Assembly (NCBI GenBank): GCA_038222225.1
Contig: JBBRHV010000007.1
Span: 27 to 64,026 of the forward strand
Origin: Candidatus Omnitrophota bacterium
Lineage (GTDB): Bacteria > Omnitrophota > Gorgyraeia > Zapsychrales > JANLHA01
Length of the DNA stretch: 64,000 bases
Direction: 5' to 3'
Below are positions 18,933 to 28,206 of the stretch, in pieces (the stretch's first letter is position 1; each line of letters starts with the position of its first letter). Below the pieces are notes generated by a model, which was not told the DNA's origin, did no database searches, and was given only the letters and a program-made list of their open reading frames with translations. The position numbers and the translations under genes were made by a program.

Positions 18933-19988
18933 TTAACTCACCTTTTTTGTTCTAATCACCTCTAAGACCGCTTCTTTAATATCTTTCGCGCCCAGATAAA
19001 ACGCCTGTTCCAGCGTATAGCCCGCCGGTGTTGGAAGATCCGGCAGCGCGACCCGTTTGGGCGCGCATGTCAGATCATGAAAAGCGCGTTCGGTCACCTG
19101 GGCAATGACCTCAGCCGCGAACCCGCCGGTTGTCCAGGCCAGATCCGCCACAATCAGCCGTCCGGTTTTTTTAACCGAAGCCAAGATCGTTTCGATATCC
19201 AATGGTCGGATCGTTCTGGGATCGATCACCTCGACTTCAATTCCGTCAGCAGCCAGTTCATCCGCCGCCCGCAACGATTCGATCACCATATGCGAAACCG
19301 CCACAATCGTCACATCACTCCCTTCGCGCTTCACCGCGGCTTCTCCAAACGGGATCGCGTACATATGTTCAGGAACGCAGCTTTGATGTTTATACAGCCA
19401 TCGGTGTTCAAAAAATAAAACTGGATTGTTATCAGCAACACCGGAAATAAACAGTCCTTTGGCATCATAAGCCGTCGCTGGAAGAGCGATCTTTAGACCG
19501 GGAACATGGTGAAACAAGCCGTGCAGGGCTTGGGAATGCTGCGCGGCAGACCCCCATCCTCTGCATACACAGGCACGGATCATGACAGGCAACGGCACTT
19601 GCCCGGCAAACATATAACTCCATTTTGCGGCGTGATTCACGATCTGATCCATGGCCATCAAAAGAAAGTCTGGGCGGTTGTGAATCACAATCGGCCGCAT
19701 GCCGGCCATGGCCGCCCCCAAAGCAATACCGATGGCAGCCTCTTCGTTTAACGGCGTATCAAAAACCCGCTCTAACCCGTATTTCTTGAACAACCCCGTT
19801 GTGGTACCGAACATCCCCTGAGGATCATTGATTCCCTGCCCCATCGCAAACACCCGCGGATCATACTCCAGCGACTGATCGAGCGCCTCAAACAACGCCT
19901 TTTCAAAATCCAGCTTACGCGCGTTATCCCCGGCGTTCTCATCGAATTCAGGCTCTTCACTCTCAACTTGTAGTTTTGTCCAAGGCAT
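18933..19988 (-). CDS. TPP-dependent dehydrogenase E1 component beta subunit (transketolase-like C-terminal/pyrimidine-binding).
   Basis: The motifs DPRVFAMGQGINDPQGMFGTTTGLFKKYG...RVFDTPLNEEAAIGIALGAAMAGMRPI are typical of E1beta. Confidence 0.8.
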   Translation of the reverse strand: MPWTKLQVESEEPEFDENAGDNARKLDFEKALFEALDQSLEYDPRVFAMGQGINDPQGMFGTTTGLFKKYGLERVFDTPLNEEAAIGIALGAAMAGMRPIVIHNRPDFLLMAMDQIVNHAAKWSYMFAGQVPLPVMIRACVCRGWGSAAQHSQALHGLFHHVPGLKIALPATAYDAKGLFISGVADNNPVLFFEHRWLYKHQSCVPEHMYAIPFGEAAVKREGSDVTIVAVSHMVIESLRAADELAADGIEVEVIDPRTIRPLDIETILASVKKTGRLIVADLAWTTGGFAAEVIAQVTERAFHDLTCAPKRVALPDLPTPAGYTLEQAFYLGAKDIKEAVLEVIRTKKVS

Positions 19989-20008
19989 AATTCACGGTTT
20001 CCTTTAAT

Positions 20009-21013
20009 CTATTCAACAAACAGATATTTCGTAAGATCGCGCGCATCAGGCAAAGGGCTGTTTTGCGCGAACACGAACGCCTCTCCGACATCCCGATCAA
20101 CTCGCGTTCTGATCTCTTGAACGCGGCTTGAATCAAGAAGCCCTTCCTTTAGAACGTGTGCAATAAACTCTTCGATCGGATCCCTCCGATACCCTTTTGT
20201 AAATTCCTCCGGCATTCGATACAATTGCGCACTCGCGTCCCCCGGTCCGACATGCATCCTCCATCGCTGAACAACATATTCCAAAACAAACGGACCCTTG
20301 CCTGAACGCGCGTGGCTGACGGCCTGAGCGGCTGAGGCATACACATCCAGCGGATTCATCCCGTCAACACGGCATGACGGGATATCAAAAGCCCGTGCGC
20401 GCTTGTATAAATATTCGTTGGCCTCCCGGACCGAAAGGTGGGAATTGACCGAATAGAAATTGTTTTCGATCACAAAAACGACCGGCACTTTTTTAAGCGC
20501 AGCCCAGCCCATGCTTTCATAAAAAACACCCTGCTGGCATGCCCCGTCGCCGAGAAAAACAACGGCGATCGAATCTTTCTTCTGCATCTGAAATGCCAAT
20601 GCGGCTCCCACCGCATGCGGTGTGGCTCCCGCGACAATGGCTGAAGAGCCCCAATGACCGACCTCTTTAGCGACCAAGTGCATCGAGCCGCCGCGCCCGC
20701 TCGAACAGCCGGTTTCGCGACAGTAGAGCTCTGCGATCATCGCGCCTAAGTTCCCGCCCTTCGCCAAATAATGAGCGTGGCTGCGATGATTGCTGAAGAC
20801 CGCATCCTCTGTTCTTAAATGCATACACACGCCGGCTGAAACCGCTTCCTCACCCAAACTCAAATGGACCGGGGTCTTCATCTCATCCAAGTGATAAAGT
20901 TCTTCAATCTTGAGCTCCGTGACCCGGATCAGCAGCATCTTTCGCAAAAATTCAGCGGTCTGCTCGCCAGTCAGGTTCGGTACGGAAAACTGTGCGCAAT
21001 CGTTTTTGGCCAT
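20009..21013 (-). CDS. TPP-dependent dehydrogenase E1 component alpha subunit.
   Basis: The TPP motif GDGA...x27...ENN is present (VFLGDGACQQG...VIENNFYS). The start is taken at the internal Met (MAKNDC) 2 nt after the upstream stop. No E2 or E3 lies nearby. Confidence 0.8.
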   Translation of the reverse strand: MAKNDCAQFSVPNLTGEQTAEFLRKMLLIRVTELKIEELYHLDEMKTPVHLSLGEEAVSAGVCMHLRTEDAVFSNHRSHAHYLAKGGNLGAMIAELYCRETGCSSGRGGSMHLVAKEVGHWGSSAIVAGATPHAVGAALAFQMQKKDSIAVVFLGDGACQQGVFYESMGWAALKKVPVVFVIENNFYSVNSHLSVREANEYLYKRARAFDIPSCRVDGMNPLDVYASAAQAVSHARSGKGPFVLEYVVQRWRMHVGPGDASAQLYRMPEEFTKGYRRDPIEEFIAHVLKEGLLDSSRVQEIRTRVDRDVGEAFVFAQNSPLPDARDLTKYLFVE

Positions 21014-21015
21014 CT

Positions 21016-21966
21016 CTAAAAACACCCTTTCTCCTGAAACCATGTAATGGTCTCACGCAATCCTTCTTGCAACGGCACCATCGGCTCCCACTTCAGCAGG
21101 CGTTTGGCAAGCGAAATGTCCGGACGCCGTCGTTTCGGATCATCCGTCGGAAGCGGTTCGAACTTCATTTCACTTTTTGAGCCCGAAAGCTTTAACACAA
21201 GCTTGGCAAACTGGATCATGGTAAATTCCATCGGATTGCCGATATTGACCGGACCGACATAATCTGAACGCAACAATCTATAAATTCCCTCGATCAGGTC
21301 ATAGTAATAACAGAATGACCGCGTTTGCCGCCCTGATCCGTAAACGGTCAAGGGCTTCCCATGCAGCGCCTGATAAATAAAATTAGGAACAACACGACCG
21401 TCGTCAATGCGCATCCGCGGCCCGTAGGTATTAAAGATCCGCACAATACGGACATCGACCTTATGATAACGGTGATAGGCCAGCGTGATCGCTTCGGCAA
21501 ACCGCTTGGCTTCATCATAAACCCCGCGCGGGCCCGTCGGATTAACATGGCCCCAATAGGTTTCCTTCTGCGGATGTTCCAAAGGATCCCCATACACCTC
21601 CGAGGTCGAGGCTAAAAGAAAACGCGCCTTTTTGCCTTTTGCCAGTCCCAAAGCATTGTGCGTTCCCAACGACCCCACCTTAAGCGTCTGGATCGGATAC
21701 ATCAGATAATCGACCGGGCTTGCGGGAGAGGCGAAATGCAGCACATGATCCACCGGCGCTGAGATTTTGATCGGCTTGGAAATGTCATGCTTGATAAATT
21801 CAAAATATTTCTGTTTCTTCAGATGAGCAATATTTTTCAGGCTTCCGGTGATCAAATTATCAATACAGAACACCCGGTGCCCTTCTGACAAAAGAAGGTC
21901 GCATAAATGGCTCCCCAAAAATCCCGCTCCTCCTGTGATCACGGCATGTCTTTTACGTCCCATCAC
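21016..21966 (-). CDS. UDP-glucuronate decarboxylase (UDP-xylose synthase-like) SDR.
   Basis: Motifs [18 protein letters not shown] and [23 protein letters not shown] are highly characteristic of UXS/ArnA-decarboxylase enzymes. Confidence 0.8.
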   Translation of the reverse strand: MMGRKRHAVITGGAGFLGSHLCDLLLSEGHRVFCIDNLITGSLKNIAHLKKQKYFEFIKHDISKPIKISAPVDHVLHFASPASPVDYLMYPIQTLKVGSLGTHNALGLAKGKKARFLLASTSEVYGDPLEHPQKETYWGHVNPTGPRGVYDEAKRFAEAITLAYHRYHKVDVRIVRIFNTYGPRMRIDDGRVVPNFIYQALHGKPLTVYGSGRQTRSFCYYYDLIEGIYRLLRSDYVGPVNIGNPMEFTMIQFAKLVLKLSGSKSEMKFEPLPTDDPKRRRPDISLAKRLLKWEPMVPLQEGLRETITWFQEKGCF

Positions 21967-21974
21967 TCTTCTCC

Positions 21975-23279
21975 TTATAAACGAACCACTTTTACGTTAC
22001 GGCTGGATTTGTACACATTGCGGGTATCAAAGATCAGCTGCGCGTGCTTGAGCACCGCCGGATAATTCACGCGGGAATGATCCGTCGCGATCACAACGCA
22101 ATCGTACTGCCGTAACGTTTTCGGTGAAAGTTTGACCGACTCCTTTTGATGAATATTGAAGATCTCCAAATACGGGATCAGCGGATCAAAGTAATCCACT
22201 CTCGCCGCCTGCTCCTGAAAGAGCCCGATCAGATTCAACGGCGGAGACTTGCGCAAATCCCGCACATCTTTTTTATAGGTAACCCCCATGACCAGGATCC
22301 TGGACTCCTTCAATGTCTTTCCTCTGTCCTGAAGAACTTGCGCAATGCGCCCGACGACATAAGCCGGCATCTGCGCGTTGGTATCGGCCGAGAGCTTAAT
22401 GTATTTTGAATCAAATCCATAGCGCCGCGCCTTCCAATATAAATAGAGCGGGTCATCCGGAATACAATGACCTCCGACGCCAAGCCCGGGATAAAAAGGC
22501 ATAAAGCCGAACGGTTTTGTTTTGGCGGCTTCAATGACTTCCCAAATATCGATCCCCATCTTTTCGCACATCATGGCCACTTCATTGATCCACCCGATAT
22601 TGATGATCCGAAACGAATTCTCCAGCAATTTGGTCATCTCCGCCGCGTCCGCGGAAGAAACCACATGAATGACTTTGATGATCTTGGAATACAGCTCTTT
22701 GGTTAAGGCGGTGCTCTTGGCATCCAGGCCGCCAACGACTTTCGGAATACGCGTGACATCATACGTCTTGTTGCCCGGATCAATGCGCTCCGGCGAAAAC
22801 GCCAGAAAGAAATCTTTCCCTGCTTTCAGCCCGGACTTTTCCAATTCCGGCCGAATCATTTCCCGTGTGGTGCCCGGATAGGTCGTACTCTCCAGCACAA
22901 CCAGAACGTCCCGCTTTAAATATTTCCGAAGCGTCCTGACCGCGCCCATGATGAACGAAACATCCGGCGTATATTTGCTTTTTAAAGGAGTCGGCACGCA
23001 GATGATCACGACATCCGTTTCCGCCAAATGTTCAAAATCCGTGGATGCCGAAAGATGGCCGCTGCGCACAACACTCGCCAGTTCCTTCTGCGGAATATCG
23101 GCGATATAACTTTTATGCGCTGAAACTCTGTTGACACGATCCTCATCCGTATCCAGCCCATAGACCTTAAATCCCACTTTCGCGAAATTGACGGCCAACG
23201 GCAATCCGACATACCCTAAGCCCAGGACAGAAATAACCGCCTTTTTCGTTCTAAGCTTTCTTAAAAGCTGCGTGCTCAT
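21975..23279 (-). CDS. NDP-sugar dehydrogenase (UDP-N-acetyl-hexosamine/mannosamine dehydrogenase, WecC/TviB-like).
   Basis: The UDPG_MGDP_dh family N-terminus [16 protein letters not shown] is present. The start is taken at the Met of MSTQLL, ahead of the Rossmann motif. Confidence 0.8.
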   Translation of the reverse strand: MSTQLLRKLRTKKAVISVLGLGYVGLPLAVNFAKVGFKVYGLDTDEDRVNRVSAHKSYIADIPQKELASVVRSGHLSASTDFEHLAETDVVIICVPTPLKSKYTPDVSFIMGAVRTLRKYLKRDVLVVLESTTYPGTTREMIRPELEKSGLKAGKDFFLAFSPERIDPGNKTYDVTRIPKVVGGLDAKSTALTKELYSKIIKVIHVVSSADAAEMTKLLENSFRIINIGWINEVAMMCEKMGIDIWEVIEAAKTKPFGFMPFYPGLGVGGHCIPDDPLYLYWKARRYGFDSKYIKLSADTNAQMPAYVVGRIAQVLQDRGKTLKESRILVMGVTYKKDVRDLRKSPPLNLIGLFQEQAARVDYFDPLIPYLEIFNIHQKESVKLSPKTLRQYDCVVIATDHSRVNYPAVLKHAQLIFDTRNVYKSSRNVKVVRL

Positions 23280-23298
23280 CCCTCCGCCCTCCCTTTCT

Positions 23299-24639
23299 CT
23301 AAACAGACCCCTTCGCGCCGTTCTGGCCGCGGCCGATCCCATAATATTCGAACCCCAACCGTTCCAGATTTTGATGGCTATAAAAATTCCGCCCATCAAA
23401 AAGAATCGGCTGTTTCATTAATTTCACGATCCGCGCGAAATCCAAGCGGCTGAATTCCTCCCATTCGGTTAACAGCACCAGACAATCGCACCCTTTAACC
23501 ATCGTGTAGACATCTTTAGAATAAACCACCTTTTTCAAAACCTTTTTCGCGTTCTCCATAGCCTGCGGATCATACACCCGGACCTGGGCCCCTTCGGCCA
23601 AAAACATCTGAATAATGTCCGTCGACGGAGCTTGACGCATATCATCCGTGTCCGGCTTAAAAGCCAGCCCCAGCACCCCGATCGTCTTGCCTTTCAGAAT
23701 CCACAGTTTATCCTCGATCAAATGCACAAAAGCTTTTTTCTGCGCCTCATTGATATTACGGACTTCTTTCAATAATTCAAATTCATAACCGCTGCGCTGA
23801 CTTAAACGGATAAAAGCATCCACGTCCTTTGGGAAACAGCTCCCGCCATAACCGACCCCGGCGTTGAGAAAGGCCCGGCCGATCCGCTTGTCATGCCCCA
23901 TGCCTTCGGCGACTTTGAGCACATCCGCCCCGACCCGGTCGCAGATTTGCGCGAGGGCGTTGGCAAATGAGATCTTTGTGGCCAAAAATGAATTGGAGGC
24001 GTGTTTGATGATCTCCGCCGAATTGATATTGGTCACCACCATTTTCGGTTTCAACGGCTTATAAATTTCCCGCAATAATTCCTCGGCGCGCTTGGACTCT
24101 ACGCCGACCACCACCCGATCCGGCTTCATAAAATCTTCAATGGCCGAACCCTCCCTCAAAAATTCGGGATTCGAAGCCACATCAAAGACAATGGCCTGCT
24201 TTGCGCCTTTACGGTGTTTCTGCGGAAGATTGAGCATGATCGTGCGCTTGACTCTCTGGCCGGTCTCCGCCGGAACCGTGGACTTTTCAACGATCAGCTT
24301 ATAGCAATCCATGTTTTCGGCGATCTGTCGGGCCACATTCTCAACATAGGTCAGATCCGCATCGCCGTTCTTCTTGGAAGGTGTTCCGACCGCGATAAAG
24401 ATCACGTCCGATTTTTGTGTGGCCTGACGGATAGAGGTGGTAAACGTCAGCCGCTTCTTCTTGCACAAATGCGCCATCATGTCTGCAAGGCCGGGCTCAT
24501 AAATCGGACATACGCCCTGATTCAGGCCTTTGATCTTTTTCTCATCGTTGTCAATACAGATCACCTGGTGGCCGATCTCCGCCAAACACACGCCGGTAAC
24601 CAACCCTACATATCCTGCGCCGATCACTGCTATATTCAT
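23299..24639 (-). CDS. ugd: UDP-glucose 6-dehydrogenase.
   Basis: The N-terminus MNIAVIGAGYVGLVTGVCLAEIGHQV and IYEPGL are present, as is the catalytic Cys region GGSCFPKD. Confidence 0.8.
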   Translation of the reverse strand: MNIAVIGAGYVGLVTGVCLAEIGHQVICIDNDEKKIKGLNQGVCPIYEPGLADMMAHLCKKKRLTFTTSIRQATQKSDVIFIAVGTPSKKNGDADLTYVENVARQIAENMDCYKLIVEKSTVPAETGQRVKRTIMLNLPQKHRKGAKQAIVFDVASNPEFLREGSAIEDFMKPDRVVVGVESKRAEELLREIYKPLKPKMVVTNINSAEIIKHASNSFLATKISFANALAQICDRVGADVLKVAEGMGHDKRIGRAFLNAGVGYGGSCFPKDVDAFIRLSQRSGYEFELLKEVRNINEAQKKAFVHLIEDKLWILKGKTIGVLGLAFKPDTDDMRQAPSTDIIQMFLAEGAQVRVYDPQAMENAKKVLKKVVYSKDVYTMVKGCDCLVLLTEWEEFSRLDFARIVKLMKQPILFDGRNFYSHQNLERLGFEYYGIGRGQNGAKGSV

Positions 24640-24671
24640 ACACCCCATCCTTTCGGTCGAAAATCGATGCT

Positions 24672-26783
24672 TTATTGTGTGCCTGGACGCTCAGCCCCGC
24701 CGCTCCATCCGCGATTGATGCCGAGTTTCATATCCGGAAATTCTTTTAATGAAAATATCAGCCAAACTTCTTCACCGTTAAATTCTCTCTTATTGAATGT
24801 CAACTCCATCAGCCACGTATGAAGATCCCTCACAAAACTGTATTCCTGTTCTTTGCTTTGCCCGGCCTTAAGATCATAACGCTGACGAACGCGAAAATCC
24901 CATTTCGGGTTCAGCTTCAGGCCAAGCTCAGTATCGATCTGATTATCAAGTTGTCTCTGGTAACGATCAGAGATGCGGACATGCCACAACTTGCCGGGAT
25001 CATTGATATACACTTCAAAATTGGCGGTTTTGACATCTTTAAGATCAACATCATATTCGCTGTCCGCATAAAATCCCAGCCAATCATACGGAGTGACCTC
25101 GACATCCAGAAACAAATTATCCCATTTGTCATTACGCGGGCCCTCTTCCCTGAACAGATAATGGGTATAGACCGTGCTGCGGATCAGGTCCACGCTCTGC
25201 TCATCCCGTTTTGTTTGGAACTTGTTTTCCACAGACAGCTTGACCCGGTCTTGATGCGTAAGCGCGTCAATCCCGTCGTATTGATCAAGTTCCCTGACCG
25301 AAATCGTAGGATCATGCCTGTACAGATAGGCCAACGACGGCGTGATGATATGCCGCAGCTGATGAATATCCAGGCCGAACATATTGGTTTGGGCATTATA
25401 GACACGATAAAATTTGGTGCTGGCATCCATCCCTGTCTCAAAAATACCGCGCACCGTGTTATAATCATCCTGGTTGACCGCGCGGCTGTAATAGGTCTGA
25501 CGCATTCCAGCAAAGGGACGTGTTTCAATAAATCCGATCTTCCATGGCCGGGAAAGTTCATTGGCAAAATCCGCGCGCTGCGTCCGGCGGTCATTGAAAT
25601 CGCTGGGCTTGGCTTGCTTTTTGACCAAATTGGAATACGAGCTGCTGTTCTTCAAATAGAACTCTGAATCGAAAACCTCCATGCTCGGCAAAGAATAACT
25701 GACCTCCGGAAGCCTCTCAACGGCTGCCGTAAACGGATTCACCCGGTAATCGGTACGCGCGGCCACCGTTCCGTAAGAGAGCGCTTTTGTCGCCACCACA
25801 TAGCTCTTCGGCGTGGAATTCTGGTCAAATTCCGGCTCGAAATAATCCTTTAAAAAATCACCGTCACTCAGCCGGTAATACTGGGACGTCACGGTTGTCT
25901 GCTCATCCACATTCCACTTGTGCTGCCATTCCACCTTATACCGTTCTTTTTCCACGGCCAGTTTATTCTCATCCCAGATCCGGACATTGCCGATATCCCG
26001 CTCATGAGTGTAATATGTTCGTAAAATGCCGGTCCCGAAATTTTGCGTTTGATACGCATCATCCACGCCCCAGGCAAATCCTTTGCGTTCGCGCGTATCC
26101 GCATGAAAAACCAGTTGATGATTTTTCAGACTATTATTGTGATAACGGCCGAGCACAAACCCTCCCCACTCGCCGGAATATCCGGGTGTCAGGATGATCG
26201 TGGGCTTGCGTCTGGCAAGATCAACGGTATAGCGCGGCAGATAAAACACCGGCACTTTGCCGATCTTAAATTTTACACTACGCGCGACAGCCTTGTCTCC
26301 CGGATACACATCAATGGTGCGCGCCTTCAGCCGTGTTTCAGGATTATCGAAATCCGACGTGGTCACATAACCGTCATCGATCCGGAAATGCTCATCCTCT
26401 AACCGCATAATACGCTTCCCCTTGCCGAACAACGGCGGGGCAACCATTTCCGGCTCCTCAAAACCACCGGTCATGGTTTTAAAGTTAAAGGTCATCTGAT
26501 TGCCTTCGACACGCTGTCCGTTGCGTTCAAGAATAACATTGCCCATGGCCTCGGCTTCCTGCGAATCCCGATCATATTCGATCCGGTCTGCCGTCAGAAG
26601 AACATCACCCCGGGATACCGTGACGTTCCCGCTGGCGATGACCTTATTCTCTTCAACCGAATATTCCATTTGATCGCCGTTGATCTCAACCGAGGACAGT
26701 TCCTGCTGGGCATATCCGTTCAAAGGGCTCATCAGAAGCATACAGAACATCACACCCGCGCACCGAATAAGAATTTTTCTCAT
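24672..26783 (-). CDS. lptD: LPS-assembly outer-membrane protein LptD/OstA family, with signal peptide.
   Basis: An OstA-like N-domain (EINGDQMEYSVEENKVIASGNVTVSRGDVLLTADRIEY) precedes a long beta-barrel region rich in aromatic and alternating residues. The start is taken at MRKILIRCAGVMFCMLLM. Confidence 0.75.
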   Translation of the reverse strand: MRKILIRCAGVMFCMLLMSPLNGYAQQELSSVEINGDQMEYSVEENKVIASGNVTVSRGDVLLTADRIEYDRDSQEAEAMGNVILERNGQRVEGNQMTFNFKTMTGGFEEPEMVAPPLFGKGKRIMRLEDEHFRIDDGYVTTSDFDNPETRLKARTIDVYPGDKAVARSVKFKIGKVPVFYLPRYTVDLARRKPTIILTPGYSGEWGGFVLGRYHNNSLKNHQLVFHADTRERKGFAWGVDDAYQTQNFGTGILRTYYTHERDIGNVRIWDENKLAVEKERYKVEWQHKWNVDEQTTVTSQYYRLSDGDFLKDYFEPEFDQNSTPKSYVVATKALSYGTVAARTDYRVNPFTAAVERLPEVSYSLPSMEVFDSEFYLKNSSSYSNLVKKQAKPSDFNDRRTQRADFANELSRPWKIGFIETRPFAGMRQTYYSRAVNQDDYNTVRGIFETGMDASTKFYRVYNAQTNMFGLDIHQLRHIITPSLAYLYRHDPTISVRELDQYDGIDALTHQDRVKLSVENKFQTKRDEQSVDLIRSTVYTHYLFREEGPRNDKWDNLFLDVEVTPYDWLGFYADSEYDVDLKDVKTANFEVYINDPGKLWHVRISDRYQRQLDNQIDTELGLKLNPKWDFRVRQRYDLKAGQSKEQEYSFVRDLHTWLMELTFNKREFNGEEVWLIFSLKEFPDMKLGINRGWSGGAERPGTQ

Positions 26784-26784
26784 A

Positions 26785-27717
26785 TTATTTGACCTGCTGT
26801 TCTTGGTTAACCAGAATTTGAGCCCCGATAATACCGGCGTCATCACCCAGACGGGCGCGTACGATCCGGACCATGTTCCCCTGAACGGCCATGGCCCGCG
26901 CCTTAATGGCCCGTCGAACCGCCGGAAATAAAAATTGATGGCTGCGCGATACGCCGCCGCCGATCACAATATGTGTTGGATTCAGCAGATTGACCATGCC
27001 GATCAAGCCGGTCCCGATCAGCTCACCCGCTTCTTGCCAAAACCGCAGCGCCTGAGCATCCCCGGATTTCGCCAATCGAAAAACATCTTCCAGGGCTATG
27101 CCTTTACGTTTGAAGATCGCTTCGGCACGCTTTTGCAGCCGGGTGTTGCCGACAAACGTTTCAAAGCAGGCAAACGATCCGCAGTTGCATTTGGGCCCTT
27201 TGAAATTGATCGGCATATGACCGAGCTCACCGGCGGCAAACCCCGCACCCCGATACAGTTTCCCATCCAGGATGAGTCCGGCGCCGACACCTGTTCCCAA
27301 AGTCATCCCCACCATGTTGCGGCATCCATGCCCTGCGCCAAACCCCCACTCACCAAGAGTGATGAGATTGACATCATTCTCCAGGTACACCGGCAAACCT
27401 AAACACTTTTCCAGTTTTGCTTTTAAGGGAACATTACGCCAGCCCGGAATATTCGGAAGGAAAATAACGATACCGTCTTTGGGATTGATCAAACCCGGCA
27501 ACCCAATACCAACCCCTTGAACTTGTTTCTTAGAAATTCCGCTTTCTGAAATAAGCGTTAAGACCGCCTCAGCCAATACCTTGATCAGCCGCTGCTTATC
27601 AGAACCATAAGTTTTTGTGATTAAACGGGTTCGGTGAAAAACCGAGCCCTTTGGATCAATGAGACCGATCTTGATATTTGTCCCGCCAACATCCACGCCT
27701 ACGGTATATTTTTTCAT
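26785..27717 (-). CDS. ROK-family sugar kinase (glucokinase/N-acetylhexosamine kinase) with a zinc motif.
   Basis: VGVDVGGTNIK and the ROK motif GHMPINFKGPKCNCGSFACFE are present. Confidence 0.85.
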   Translation of the reverse strand: MKKYTVGVDVGGTNIKIGLIDPKGSVFHRTRLITKTYGSDKQRLIKVLAEAVLTLISESGISKKQVQGVGIGLPGLINPKDGIVIFLPNIPGWRNVPLKAKLEKCLGLPVYLENDVNLITLGEWGFGAGHGCRNMVGMTLGTGVGAGLILDGKLYRGAGFAAGELGHMPINFKGPKCNCGSFACFETFVGNTRLQKRAEAIFKRKGIALEDVFRLAKSGDAQALRFWQEAGELIGTGLIGMVNLLNPTHIVIGGGVSRSHQFLFPAVRRAIKARAMAVQGNMVRIVRARLGDDAGIIGAQILVNQEQQVK

Positions 27718-27890
27718 AGTTTTAATATTTATATTGATATTAAAGAAGCGGAATTATTCTAATGGAAAAATGGTTTTGTTGCAAGACGGAATTCAACTAA
27801 TCACGTGCAGCGAGTAGCGTACAATGCGACCAAAGGAAGCCCTGAATTTGGCGAAGGATGGAGTAAAAAATCCTGAAAAATATCGAAAAA

Positions 27891-27970
27891 CACATTGAAA
27901 TACATTAAAACATGATTGAAATATATTGAAATATATTGAAATACATTGAAACACATTGAAATATATTGAG
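27891..27970. repeat. Eight perfectly phased 10-bp tandem repeats, consensus AYAYATTGAA (one helical turn per unit). An inverted copy TTTCAATGTGTTTCC lies at 28130-28144, and TTGTTTC-like and CTTCTTCC repeats lie at 28116-28186.
   Basis: Read directly: cacattgaaa tacattaaaa catgattgaa atatattgaa atatattgaa atacattgaa acacattgaa atatattgag. Confidence 0.85.
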
Positions 27971-28206
27971 ATAAGTAGAAACCGGAGGAAAATGGGGACT
28001 GAACAAATTATTGCGTGGTCGGTTTTTTATTCTTGATGTGCTTATTTCACTTCAAAATATTTCAAATTTTTTTATTTGTCGGCTTTGATTTTCCTGAAAT
28101 TTGTGTATTGTTTTTTTTGTTTCCGTCTATTTCAATGTGTTTCCATTTGTTTCATCCATCACGCTTCTTCCTTCTTCCTTCTTGCATCCCGTGTCCCATT
28201 TACGTT

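Noticed and set aside
18933-21013. E1alpha/E1beta interpreted as a pyruvate or branched-chain 2-oxoacid dehydrogenase complex.
   Set aside because: No E2 (lipoyl acyltransferase) or E3 lies adjacent, and the genes are embedded and translationally coupled inside a sugar-nucleotide operon.
24214-24822. The 202-aa plus ORF and other long plus-strand ORFs (9608-10384, 36135-36767, 40462-40965, 56900-57706) and minus ORF 44302-44925.
   Set aside because: All lie antisense to strongly conserved genes (ugd/lptD, DegT, dnaK, clpB, Macro-NUDIX/cca, GT4) and have no independent support.
27891-27970. Tandem repeat array considered as a CRISPR array.
   Set aside because: The units are only 10 bp, directly abutting with no spacers, and no cas genes lie in the window. 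It is classified as a microsatellite or binding-site array instead.
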